The translations under genes were made by a program, and so were the position numbers. This document shows, piece after piece, positions 46,414 through 57,430 of a stretch of 64,000 nucleotides of DNA. The notes under the pieces were generated by a model. That model had not been told where the DNA came from. It saw nothing but the letters and a program-made list of their open reading frames with translations, and searched no databases. Source of the stretch: Cyanophora paradoxa CCMP329 (lineage: Eukaryota; Plantae; Glaucophyta); the NCBI GenBank assembly GCA_004431415.1, contig QPMI01000503.1:124001-188000 (forward strand), read 5' to 3'. The first letter of the stretch is position 1. Each line of letters opens with the position of its first letter.

Positions 46414-46620
46414 GGCCGCCCAACGAGGGGGACTACATCCTCGAGCTCGCCAACAAGCAGGCCCGCCCTCGATCCTAATCTGAGCGGCGGGCGGTGGCCC
46501 CGGGCGCGGTCGCTGCTCTTGGCGTGCCACGGTGCCGTATACGTAATTATATGACTTCGCCTAATTACCGATCGCGAGCTCGAGCTCCGCTTCCACATGT
46601 AAATCCGCGAGGCCCGCCCC
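46414..46620 (+). pseudogene. Deleted, degenerate relic of internal exons of the NLR-like gene
   Basis: Matches 38245-38300 (CTCGAGCTCGCCAACAAGCAGGCCCGCC), ~38365-38400 and 38662-38700 (GAGCTCCGCTTCCACAT..CCGCGAGGCCCGCCCC) in the same order. Confidence 0.8.
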
Positions 46621-47029
46621 TCCGAGGCTCCGGACCGGATCCCGGATCCCCGCCCGGCCCCAGCTTACGGGGCGGGGTGGGGAGGGAAGCGCGGACGACA
46701 GCGTGGAGGTATCCGAACTCGAAGCGCGGGCAGTTACAGGTGGAGCAGAGAGCGGGGAGGGTGGGGGCGAGGCGTGCGGCGAGGGGTCGGGCGGAGTCGG
46801 CCGCGGGCGGCGGACGGGGGCGGACGTCGACAGGGTCGGCCACACGGGCCAAGGCCGGGGGATCTGGAGTGGCCGAATTCGAAGCCTGGGGGGGGGGGGG
46901 GGGGGGGGGGGAGGGAGGGAGGGAGGGTGGCGGCCGAAGCCGAAAGCGCGACCGATCGGGAGGCCCGCGGCCGGTCGGGGGGAGGGGGGGGGGGGGAGGG
47001 GGGGGGGGGGCGACCGAATCCGAGCTCGA

Positions 47030-48790
47030 GGGGGTTGTCGAATTCCGATCGGACCCGTGGTCGGACCCGTGGGTCACGACCGGGTCGGACCCGTGGGTCA
47101 CGGGTCAGGGGGTCGACCCGACCCGCGGGTCGCGGGTCCAGGTTTTAGGACCCGCGGCCGGGCCGGAGCCCTACCGGATACCCCCGGCCCGCGGCCGGGG
47201 CGGCCGCCGAAATCGAAAATTCTATTCAACGGCCAACTTAAAATTTCATGAAATTGTGGAAATTCATGTTATTATGATACTAATATTGATCGAATCGCAT
47301 GATCTTTTCGATCTTCCGAAGTTCCTCAAAAAAAGCTACTCTTGCCGTCATGCGGACGCCAATTATACTTGCTGACACTGGCACACTGCCTCAGTTGCGC
47401 ATGCTGCCACAGCCTGCCAGGCTGACAACTTGCTGTACGTCATCCGGACGCGCAACCAACGGACGCGACCGTCGGACGGACGGGCGGCTCCGACGCCGGC
47501 GCCGGCGAGCCGGGCTCGGCCGGGCGCCGGCGCGGGGGCCGGGGCCCGGGGGCCGGGGCCCGGGCCCCGGGGGCGCCCGGCCGCCTCGCGGTGCATGCGC
47601 AGCCGCGCGGCGCGTGCGCCGCTCGTTGCTTCCCTTGCAAGTTGCAACTTGCAACCGTCACGGGCCCCACCGACGGGGCCACCGACCGTGACCGACGGGC
47701 CCACCGTCCCCACGCCGCGGGCCACGCGCACGGAGTCGCCACGGACGGTGACGGACCGCCCCACGTGCACGGGCCACCGTGGCACGGGCCACGGCGCGGG
47801 CCACGGCCCACGCCGTGACGGGCCACGGGCCCCACCGTCCCCAGTGACTCCCCAGTGAGAGTCCCCACGCGTACCGTAGTACCTGCACGGGCCGCGGGCC
47901 GCGGCCCACGTCACACGGGCCACCGTGGCACGTGCACGGCCCGCGCGCGCGGGCCCACGGGCCACGGCGCGGCTGGCACGGATCGATATCCCGCGGCCCG
48001 GACGTCGACGCGTTAAAAACCGGCCACCGCCGCACAGTCTCTAGACACCAGCACTGCGGGGGCTGCCCAGGGGGCATAAAGACAAAAAAGCAAAATAACT
48101 AAGACAAGAGCACGAAGAAAGATAAGACAAAGAGCCAAAATCGACAATAAAAAAGGAAAGACACACTGTGACAGAGCTCGATCGCGAGACAGATCGATAT
48201 CGATAGCGAGAAGAGACGATAAATCGAGCAGATCTAGGGACAGAGGATAACTACGGCACGAGGTCGAGGAGGACACAGGAGGCGGAGCAGGCGGATCAAG
48301 AGCAGGCAAAAGGACAGTCAAAGGAATCACTAAAGCCGGCCGGGGTCGAGGCGGGCATGCGCAATCGATATCGAACTGCAATTGCAAACGACGGCGAACA
48401 ACAGGTCGAGCACGAGGACTATAGCTAGTATTGAAACTAACTCTAGCATCAACACTACGATCAGAATCCGAACCAGACCGAACTAAACTAGAAGACGAAG
48501 AAGTACGCCGGCGCCGGCGGGATACGATCGCAACCAGCGAAGCAGAAAGTGTCTGGCGAATATAGTCGAAATTAAACGCTGGCGGATATTTGTAGTATAA
48601 TTTTGTACGTTTACGTATACAGTACTAGTATACTACGCGCGCACTTACCGAACTTACCGGGCGGGCCGGCGGAAATCCTAATTTCGGCGGGCCGAAAATT
48701 GGCCCGAAATCCGATCGCAATCGCGAGTTCGGGCACTGTTCCGAAAGTTCGGCCCTCCAAAAACCGAATCTCCGAAATTCGGCAACCCTA
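47030..48790. mobile_element. Cluster of hAT-like DNA transposon termini with subterminal repeats
   Basis: Three repeat-rich blocks (GACCCG, GGGCCACG, CCGAA motifs) ending in GAGCCCTA (47173), CAGTCTCTA (48043) and GGCAACCCTA (48790), i.e. TAGGG/TAGAG termini on the minus strand; no transposase or TSD confirmed. Confidence 0.5.
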
Positions 48791-49143
48791 CTAGTAACTT
48801 AGTAGTAAGTGCATGCGCAGCCGCGCCGTACGTACTACGGACCAGTCTACGGTATACGTGCGCGACCGTCGTACCCGCGCCGCTCGTTGCTTCCCGCCGA
48901 GTTCCCGGCCAACTTACTAGTTAAGCTTCGCAGACTCTGAGATCGAGATCGCGATGATCCGATATCGATCGCGATATGATCATGATCATGAGTTGCAGAT
49001 AACATTTTTTAGAATTAATATTGTTTTCGAAATTTTTTTTGAGAGACTACGGTGGGGCGAACCCCCCGTAGGTAGTGATATTAAAGACAACAAAGCAATC
49101 ACAAATCAAAGATACAGTAAACTAGCACAAAATATATACAGAA

Positions 49144-50837
49144 TCAAGAGGGATCACGAGAAGGGACACGATCAGAAGAACGCAAAAGATAAGGAGAACG
49201 AGCACGAGGAGAAGGAGTAGAAGAGCTCAAGGGCGTCGATGCATAAGTACTAGTCACACTAGAACGACGAGGAGCACGGGGACGCAGCAAATAAGGAGAA
49301 CGAGCACGAGGAACTACAGTCGAAGACGAAGATCTAGACGAAGACGACAAGACAGAGCTAACAGCAGAACTAGAAGACGTAGTCGCAGGAGGCAAAGGCG
49401 GTAGAACAGTAGGAGAGGCGAAACGTAGGACACCACTAGAGGGGAAAGTCGAAGCTGGCGGAGTGTCTAAACGGAATCGAGATTGTAGAGTTGGTAAAAC
49501 AATGGACGGCTGAAGACTAATCTGAGGAACTGGGGACGACACGAGGAAAGGGGCAGAGCTCGGGTGCAGACTCGGAATCGGCAGTATAAGAGGAGGGGCG
49601 AAACGCAAGCCAGTAGTGACAGGGAAGGCAGACGATGGGGCTGAACCAGGCGGGAGAGGCAAATATAGCGAAGTAGAAGAGAGAGAAGGGTACACACGAG
49701 GAACGTCACCATACACAAAATACTCGCTGCCAAAAACTATACGGTCTGACGGTCGCTGAAGATAAAGAGGCGGAACTGCCTGAGGGCTAACAGTGAGAGA
49801 TGGAGGAGGAAGAGGCAGAGCTAACGACAAAGGGAACGGAATCAAAGGTACAGGGAAGGCATGGAATACACGAGGAACTGGAAGGTGGAGGGGGCCAGTG
49901 CTCCTAACTAACATCGATGAAGCATCTGATGGAGGTGACGGCAAAACAACTGAGGGTAAACTAAGTTGAGGTGAAGCGAAGATTGATACAAGACTATCAT
50001 GAATCAAAGGGGGCCATGCAGGAACCGGCGGGCGAGGTGGATCTGGCGGGACAGCCAGAGGGGAAGCCGAAGGTACAGGAGAGGAAAGCCGCAGGCGCCG
50101 AGACACATGGACAGGGGACGGATCGGCATCGGGAGGCAAGGTTGAATTCGACGGAGACCGGGGGCGGCGGATTCGTGAAACGGAAGGTATCAGAGAAGGA
50201 CTAGGGGGGGGCAGGGAAGTACGGAGCCGCTGAGCAGGTGGCGACGGTGAGGGTGCAGGGGAGCGAATCCGTCGCAAAGTCGGAACAGGCTGACGGGGCT
50301 CGGCATATGTAGCCGCAGCTGCAGGAGCTGGAGCAAGCACTGGGGGTGCCGGATCCGGAGACTGGAGGCGGGGGCGCTGGGCAGGAGGCACAGGATCTGG
50401 AGGATTCTCTGAACTAGAGGGGGTTCGAGGTCGGCGAACGCCACGGGCGTTAGCAGGATGTTTATCAGCCCGAACATGACGGTCACGATCAGCAGAAGAC
50501 TGAAAGTTCTTCCCACAATAGGGCATATTAATGTGGAGGCAGAAGCGGCGCTAGCGCTAGCATCGGCAGACGAGCTCAAACGAGAACTCGAGGGAGCCGG
50601 GACCGAAGCTGTATCAGCGCTAGCAGATGGCCTCGCAATGTGCTGAACTTGAGGATTCACGCCGACGCCATTAACTGTAGCAGCAGGCCTAGGGGTAGCG
50701 ACTGCAGGGGGCCCGGGACCGCGACTGCTGGGGGCCCGAGCGCTGTAGAGGGATAGCTCCGCGCACAGAAAAGAAGCTCGCATCAAAAATAGATTGAGGG
50801 GGGCTAGGGCGGTCACGTGACTCAGGGTTTGAACCAT
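49144..50837 (-). CDS. LINE ORF2 C-terminal extension or ORF3: C2H2 zinc finger + Pro/Ser/Arg-rich tail (frameshifted)
   Basis: LIC|PYCGKNFQSSADRDRHVRADKH restored by +1 base in the C-run at 50521-50523; 460-codon open Pro-rich frame ending in two RARSPYLLR motifs. Confidence 0.6.
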
Positions 50838-53800
50838 CGTAATCAGAGCCCTCCCCTAAATGCCGTAAACGAAGAAGCTCAATGCGCTCGACAGCAGGAG
50901 GCAACGTAATCTCGAGAATATCCAGAAAACGTTTCCACAGGTTTAGCAGAGCATTAACGGAGTACACTGGTACCCGCTCAGCAAGTAAATTATCGGGTGA
51001 GAGATATGCACGGGACAGCTGAAAAATTGCGTAAATGCCCGCCAAAATATAACCGAGATACCGAACACAGAAATCGGCATCCACAGAAGATGTGATCAAT
51101 GTCCCCGCAACACCGGGAACTTGTGGATCTAGAATAGCGGAGAACGTAATAGGAGGCAATGGTAAAGAGGGCTGCACGTCCTCGGGCAAAGCCTCTGCTA
51201 AGGATGTGAGCTCAGCATGCATGGCCCGCCAAAAACCCTGCACCACAGGGCAATCAAAGAAAACGTGCCGCACTGAACGATGCTGCCCATCATTACAAGC
51301 GCGGCAGAAAATAGCCGCGACCGGCGGCCGTTGTAAAGATGGGAAAGCCTTATATCGGAGACGGAAGAGGACATCGAGCCACAGCATAGGAAAGGCACGA
51401 AGGGCGACGAGCTGAGACACGCGATTAAGAGGGAGATCCAGACCCCAGTGTTCTGAAGGCATCTTAGCCCTACTCCGCACCCGCCACAGTCGCTGTACCT
51501 CGAGCTGGTAAAAGCGCCGAACAGAAAAGCCCTGAAGCGTGAGCATCTTATCGAATGTGAAAGCAAAATTGCTGTAGGAAAGCGTAGCTGTCGAACCCGT
51601 GCCAAGCGAAACCAGAATTGGACGCGAACCTCTGCGCAAAGAAATAAAATACTGGGAGGAGAGCACATGAAGCGGCAAGAGGCCAGCTGGTACGCCAGGG
51701 TACAAGAGCGGATCTGGAGGGCGGCCACGGGGCCACGGGACGAAATCCAACACCCGTGGGACAATCTCACCTTCAAAAAGAGGGAAGGCCACAAAAAAGC
51801 CCGAGGGACCCCTCAGATACACATATTTATCATCTTTCGATTTATACCATAAGAAACGTTCCGGTACGGCATTAGCAGTAAGCGTTGTAAGCCAACTGGA
51901 TGGCAGGGCACGACAAATTTGATCAAAGGCAGCAGTATAATCAACTAGCATTGCAGGGGGAGCACGAAATCGGTGCAACTGTACATCCCAAATGTCAGCG
52001 ACGCGCTGTACACCGGCTCTCGCAAACTCAGTATGTGTCTGTGCTGCAATGTCACTAGGAAGAACATATAAAGGATTAAGAAAAATAGGCTGGGTCAAAA
52101 TTTGATGCACGGTTGTAGGAGATGCAACGGCTTGACGATCTCGCCACGCCTCAAACAGCATCTGCCAAAGCGGTGGCAAATGCAATCTTGGCAAGATGGC
52201 AGACACATCAAGCCCCAAAATGACATTAGCATAAGAGAATGGAGCCAACTGACGGTCTATTTGGTATTGAATATATTCCTTCCAAGGAGCTGAACAGGCC
52301 GGGTCGTTAAGGAAGGCAAGCCATTTAGATTTAAAGCCAGCGAAAACGTAACAATATCTGGGCAATTTAATCCACCGTCTTTAAACGGAAGCGCCGTAAC
52401 ATATGTAGATACGGAGCCGCGTACACCCGAAAAGTTGCGGATTAAATTACTCCAAGCTTTATAACGATCACCTCCCGGTTCTAAAATATACAGCGGATAA
52501 TGTAGTGATCCCACAATAGCAGCCCACGCAAGTAAAACACCAGAGCGTAGAGGCATCCGATTCCGGTTAACTGACTGTGCGCGCAGAACGAGAGCAGCAG
52601 TCTTTTTATTCCAAAACCGGTCATGCACTAGCTCCAGAGGGAACCCGAGATATTTGGCGATCTTGGCATCTGCGGAAATCTCAGAAGGATCAACCTTCAT
52701 ACGCTCAAAAGGACAAGCAGGTGGAAGAGATAAATTTGAGTGCATGGGTAGTATATGCGATTTTTCGAGATTAATTTTCGCCCCTGTTAACCGTTGAAAT
52801 TTCTTAATGAGAGCGTCCCAAATGGGGAATTCCGCAAAGGAGGCAATAAGGGGAACAGTATCATCAGCAAACTGGAGGACCTTGCATATGGACCGCCCAG
52901 AAATTTGCACCCCGCGTATACGGGGTTCAGTATCGATTAACATGATTAATAGATGCGCACACAAATTATATAGATATGGCGATAGAGGACCACCCTGCCG
53001 GACTCCGCACCGGATGGGAAACCGAGGCGTTGTCCAGCCATTAATATGGATCATCCCCGACAGATCAGAATACAAAAGACGGACCCAGTCAGTAAAGTAT
53101 GACCCAAATCCATATTGATTCAAGGTCCAGAAAAGAAACTCCCAATTCACCCGATCATAGGCTTTGGAGAAATCAAGGAACCCCAAACAAAGTTCCTCGA
53201 GATCGGATTATCCCCCTCATAATACATCAATAAATATACGAGCATAAATTGATGCACCGCAGAACGTTTGGTGATAAAACCCGACTGATATTTTGATATT
53301 AAGCGGGCATGATAGGGGTCAAGCGGTTAGATAATGCCCGCTCGACTGCTCGCTCCTCTACATTCGATAGAGCGATAGGCCGACGGTTAGTGACCAAAGT
53401 CGCATCCGTACCAGGTTTCGGAATTGGGACAATGAGGATATCTCGTAGCGAGCCAGGGGCCGCCTTCCGATTATGCATAGCCTTAAGGTATTCCATAAAA
53501 TCTGGACCAATGTCGCCCAGAAAGTACTATAAAATTCAGGTACTAAACCATCAAGTCCAGGGGATTTTCTAAGCCCAGATATATCCTTAAACGATTGCAA
53601 CAATTCATAGGCGGCCAGTGGGTATCGAGATCCACGGCCTCCCGCGGAATGAGTTTATAAGGCGCATACAGTGACGCACATTCAGCCCGTTCATCACGAT
53701 GCGCCGCCACCACACTTTGAGCTTGCTGACCATCGTATAAATCAGCGAAATGAGCTGCCGACAACGTCATAAGCACAAAGGGATTATCAGAAGCATAAGA

Positions 53801-55099
53801 GGGATCCGGGGTGTTGGCCGGCCGGAGTTTATTCTCACATCCGGTCTCCTGCTCAGCAGTTCCGAAATAATGAGTGAAAAACTCCCGCCTCGATGTGGCC
53901 TCGTTCTGACTTGAGAATAGCGAGTCAGCTTGAACGGCAGCCCTACACACTTGAGGCATGCGCTCCCGCAGCTCTCTATAAAGAGCAGAGCGGCCACTCA
54001 AGAAACTGTCCCGTAAGATCTCGCCCTGCGAATAGGCGGTGATGAGACGTTCGAGACGTTTCATGGCAGACCAGTAAGCCGACTTATTCTTGCGCCGCTC
54101 AGTCGACTCCCACGCAGAGAGAGCAGTCTGTAGATACCGTTTAAGAGCTTCGAAGCGAAGAATAGAATCGGATGCAGGCGAAGGCCACTCAGCACGCCAC
54201 ATCTGAAAAACCTTCCGAATTTCAGCGAGATACGCTGGGTTCTTCCCATAAAGGTCCCATCGCATCTTCCAGCGACCCGGCCCACGCTGATGAACTGGAG
54301 GGGACAGCGTGAGTTGAATTCCAATGTGATCAGAAAGAGGCCTATCAAGATGTCTGGAAGTGTATTTCATCCATGGGACGAGCACTGGGTTCCATGCGAG
54401 TAGGGATTGAGAGACAAAGAAATAATCTAGACGAGATTCGACGGCCCCCGAGGCTGCCTGGGCATTAGTCCGATAAAATGTTTTAAATCGATTAGACCGG
54501 CGCTCATCCGTACAAAGCGATGCAACATCCTGGAGTTGATATTGCGAGCAAACCGCTTCAAAGGATGCAGGGGGCGACACCCGCCCCGAAGTACTGTTCG
54601 CGTCAGAAGGCAAAAGGTGAAAGTTAAAATCACCACATAAGATTAAATGGGACCCCACAGGAACGACCGACTCCAGAGTATGACACAATGTCTCGTAGAA
54701 GCCTAACCGTTCAGCATCCTGAACAGGTGCGTAAATGTTGCACAGGTAAATATTTACAGTTCCAGAGCGCAACAGGAACAGCTGCAGCCGGGAACTCTGT
54801 GCAGGAGCTAGCGAGGTAATGCTAAATCGCTTATTAGGGAAGAGAGTAGCTACACCTTGACTGGCAACTTCTGGATTGAAAGCCCAGTACGAAGGGGTAG
54901 CCCCCCACTTGCCTTGCAGAAAAGCAGCGTCTACTTTACTCGATACGTGAGTTTCCTGTAAACAAACTATGGATTTGCGAGACTGTTCACGAGCACACTT
55001 AAGGAGATAATCAACGCGGTGCATACCAAGTGAAGCACAGAAGCTTGTGTCTCCTACTAATTTCCCTGCAACGTTCAGGGAGACAATATTGATGGCCAT
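50689..55099 (-). CDS. LINE ORF2 (APE endonuclease, reverse transcriptase, C-terminal CCHC), split by several single-base frameshifts
   Basis: SLNV, CLQETH, NIYAP, CGDFN, RLDYFF, SDH; KSPGLDG, PIPK, RPIAL, LDFSKAYDRV, GVRQGGPLSP, QFADD, KINLEKS, KYLG; CRAC...HVFFDC. Confidence 0.93.
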
Positions 55100-55408
55100 A
55101 GTATGATCACGGTGGTTTAAAGAATCCAGAGAAAACTATGTACAAGCTTAAATTGAAGAAGGGCAAAATACGAGACGACCCTACTTGCCAGTGCCAGAAC
55201 CGGCACCAGTGCCAGAACCGGCACCCCGAACGCGTGTTGGAATTGTACGGCCGGCGGCAGCGATCTGCATGTTCGTCATCTCCGTGGGCAGGCCAGCGGG
55301 CTGCGCTCAGAAACAAGGTGAGGGCGAGTTGAAAAAAGTAATAAGAGTGCCAATTTATGAGATGTCTATGCATCGTATTTAAACAGTAATCCAGTTTTAA
55401 AGCCCAGA

Positions 55409-56753
55409 TCAGAACAATTGCAAGTTCAAGGTGCCGCAGCTGCAGCGCAGCCTTGGCATCATGCCGCAGCTGCAGTGCAGCTTTGGCAGTCCACAACCCC
55501 AACTGCAGCGCAGCCGGGGGGCCACCAACTGTACACCCCTATTAGATCTGAACAAAAAGAAAGAGCTCACCGGGTCTATAGCCATGTCCGAAGGGCCGCC
55601 AGCGGAGCCAGAGGGGGCGGGAGGTGCGGCAGAGGCCTTCCCGGCCCGGGCTTGGAGAATGGCCTGAAGGGGGAAGACAATGCGGTGGGCAGGCTTGGAG
55701 AGCTGTCCGTCAGGCCCTGGCGGGGCGGAGAGCTCAAGGCCATAGGACCAGTTGCCTCTGTCCAACGCGGGCCAGTTGCTGGGTAAGAATAAGTAAACTG
55801 ATCAGCTGCAGGCTTATCTGCAGCTGCGCTGGGCCCAGCTGCGGCTGTCTCCTTGCGGGCCGCCTTCTGAGGCCGGGACGCTGAGGACGGAGTGGACGCG
55901 GCGGAGAGTTTGGAGGTATGAAATTCAGAGAGAGAGGGGTGATGGTCAGCTAGGGGATGAGGAAGGTGAGGCCGGCCTCCGCAACCATACAGGCGGCAGT
56001 CCCGCCAGCTGGCCGCCACACGAAGCTCAAGCCCGTCGCCAAAGGTAACCGTATTAGGAAGAGCAACTTGCACATCGAGCGGGGCAGCTCAGAGAGATAG
56101 ATCTTCATAATCCCGGCTGGCATGCCCCGCTGCTGATAATGAATGTGCCGGACTTTCAGGCCGCGCTGCGCCAGCCAATGGCGGATAGGGTCCTCATCGG
56201 GCCGATGCTGAAACTTCTCAAGCCAGATCCAGTGATCCTGGCCCTGCGGGCGCTGAAGCGGCGGCTGGCCAGGGTCAGGAGGCAGACCGCCCGCCGGCGG
56301 CGTCGGCTCACGGCCGACAATCCAAGCGGCCGCAAGAATGCCAAGGGCTGGAACGGCCAACTGGAGGCCAGCTGCACCGACCGATGTCAGGAACCGCTCA
56401 CAATGCGCAGTACTACTGAAGATCACAAGAAAACCGCGACCCCAGCGCGCGACCGAATGCGCTGGCTCGCTGGTAAGAGCGCTCACACGCTCAGTGATCA
56501 GCTGCTGTAGCGCATCGAAGGCCGGCTGCGTGTAGAAGGTCCAAGCAGTCGGAGGAATGATGCTAGCATAACTGAAGGTTGGCGGATAGAGCTGGGCGAC
56601 GGTCGCAACAGTAACAAGCGTGAGCACTGTCAATGGCACAGCGCTAGTCGGAAACAGCCGCTGCCACTCCGCCTGCAGCGGGGCAAGGTCGAAGTTGGCT
56701 GTCGCCCGGTTCTGCTCTGATCGCGGCATACGCTCAAGCTCGTCTAGAGCCAC
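55409..56753 (-). CDS. LINE ORF1 (RRM-like region + degenerate knuckle), frameshifted
   Basis: Lies upstream of the APE ORF within the TSDs; WIWLEKF...IRHWLAQRGLKV...IMKIYL then LPNTVTF...CRLYGCGGRPH in the next frame; ends uncertain. Confidence 0.7.
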
Positions 56754-57430
56754 AGATTACGATCCAGATGGTTGACGTGAGAGACGTGCACGCGTCTGGG
56801 CTAACAGACGCGCTCCCGCAGCGCGGGGGGGTACCTATATTGTTTTCGAAAGAGCCGGCGGCGGACCCGGGTCCCGGCCCCCAGGAGCTCCGACTCTTAC
56901 CTCCGAGGCCCGGGTTCACACTGACTTCACAGCCTAGCCAGGCTAGCCTAGCCTAGCCAGTTCGGAAGGCACTGGGCCAAGCGCCGGCCGCGCCGCGGCG
57001 GCGTCGAGACTCGACTCTGGCGCTCCACTGGGCCAGTGCCTTCCGAAGTTCTATAGCTACTGGTACTATAGCTAGGACCGTCGGACCAGCCCTGAACCAC
57101 TGGGCCAGTACCGTGAGTACTAGTGCCTCGACTCGGCCCGAGGAGTCGGCGACCCTTCACTGGCATGGCCCTCCAGACTCACTCGACCCAGCCCTACTAC
57201 TAGTACTAGTAGGCTAGCGGCCCAGCGGTGAGTCGCAACGATACTAAGATACTACGGCGATAGATCTAGCCTAGTATACGTAGAGCTATAGGCCCAACGC
57301 GGCTGCTGCTCAAATCCGACGGACCGTCGTCTACCGTGTGGCACTTTGCATCATGTACGCCGTATGGCGCTTGAATCCGGACCCGCAGCCTTGCGACTCG
57401 GCTGGAGATATCGATAAAACGTCGAGCGAC

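Larger units (their letters stand above)
49033..56836 (-). mobile_element. Full-length L1/Tx1-like non-LTR retrotransposon (LINE)
   Basis: ORF1 + ORF2 (APE-RT-CCHC); A8 tail at 49033-49040; perfect 15-bp TSD ATATTGTTTTCGAAA at 49018-49032 and 56837-56851. Confidence 0.95.

Noticed and set aside
43387-47173. Single hAT element (TAGGGCTC...GAGCCCTA) capturing the BTB gene
   Set aside because: The terminal match is only 8 bp and the flanking 8-mers (CACGATCC versus CCGGATAC) are not a convincing TSD
52250-53620. Programmed ribosomal frameshifting in LINE ORF2
   Set aside because: Too many breaks within conserved RT regions; sequencing indels or decay are simpler explanations
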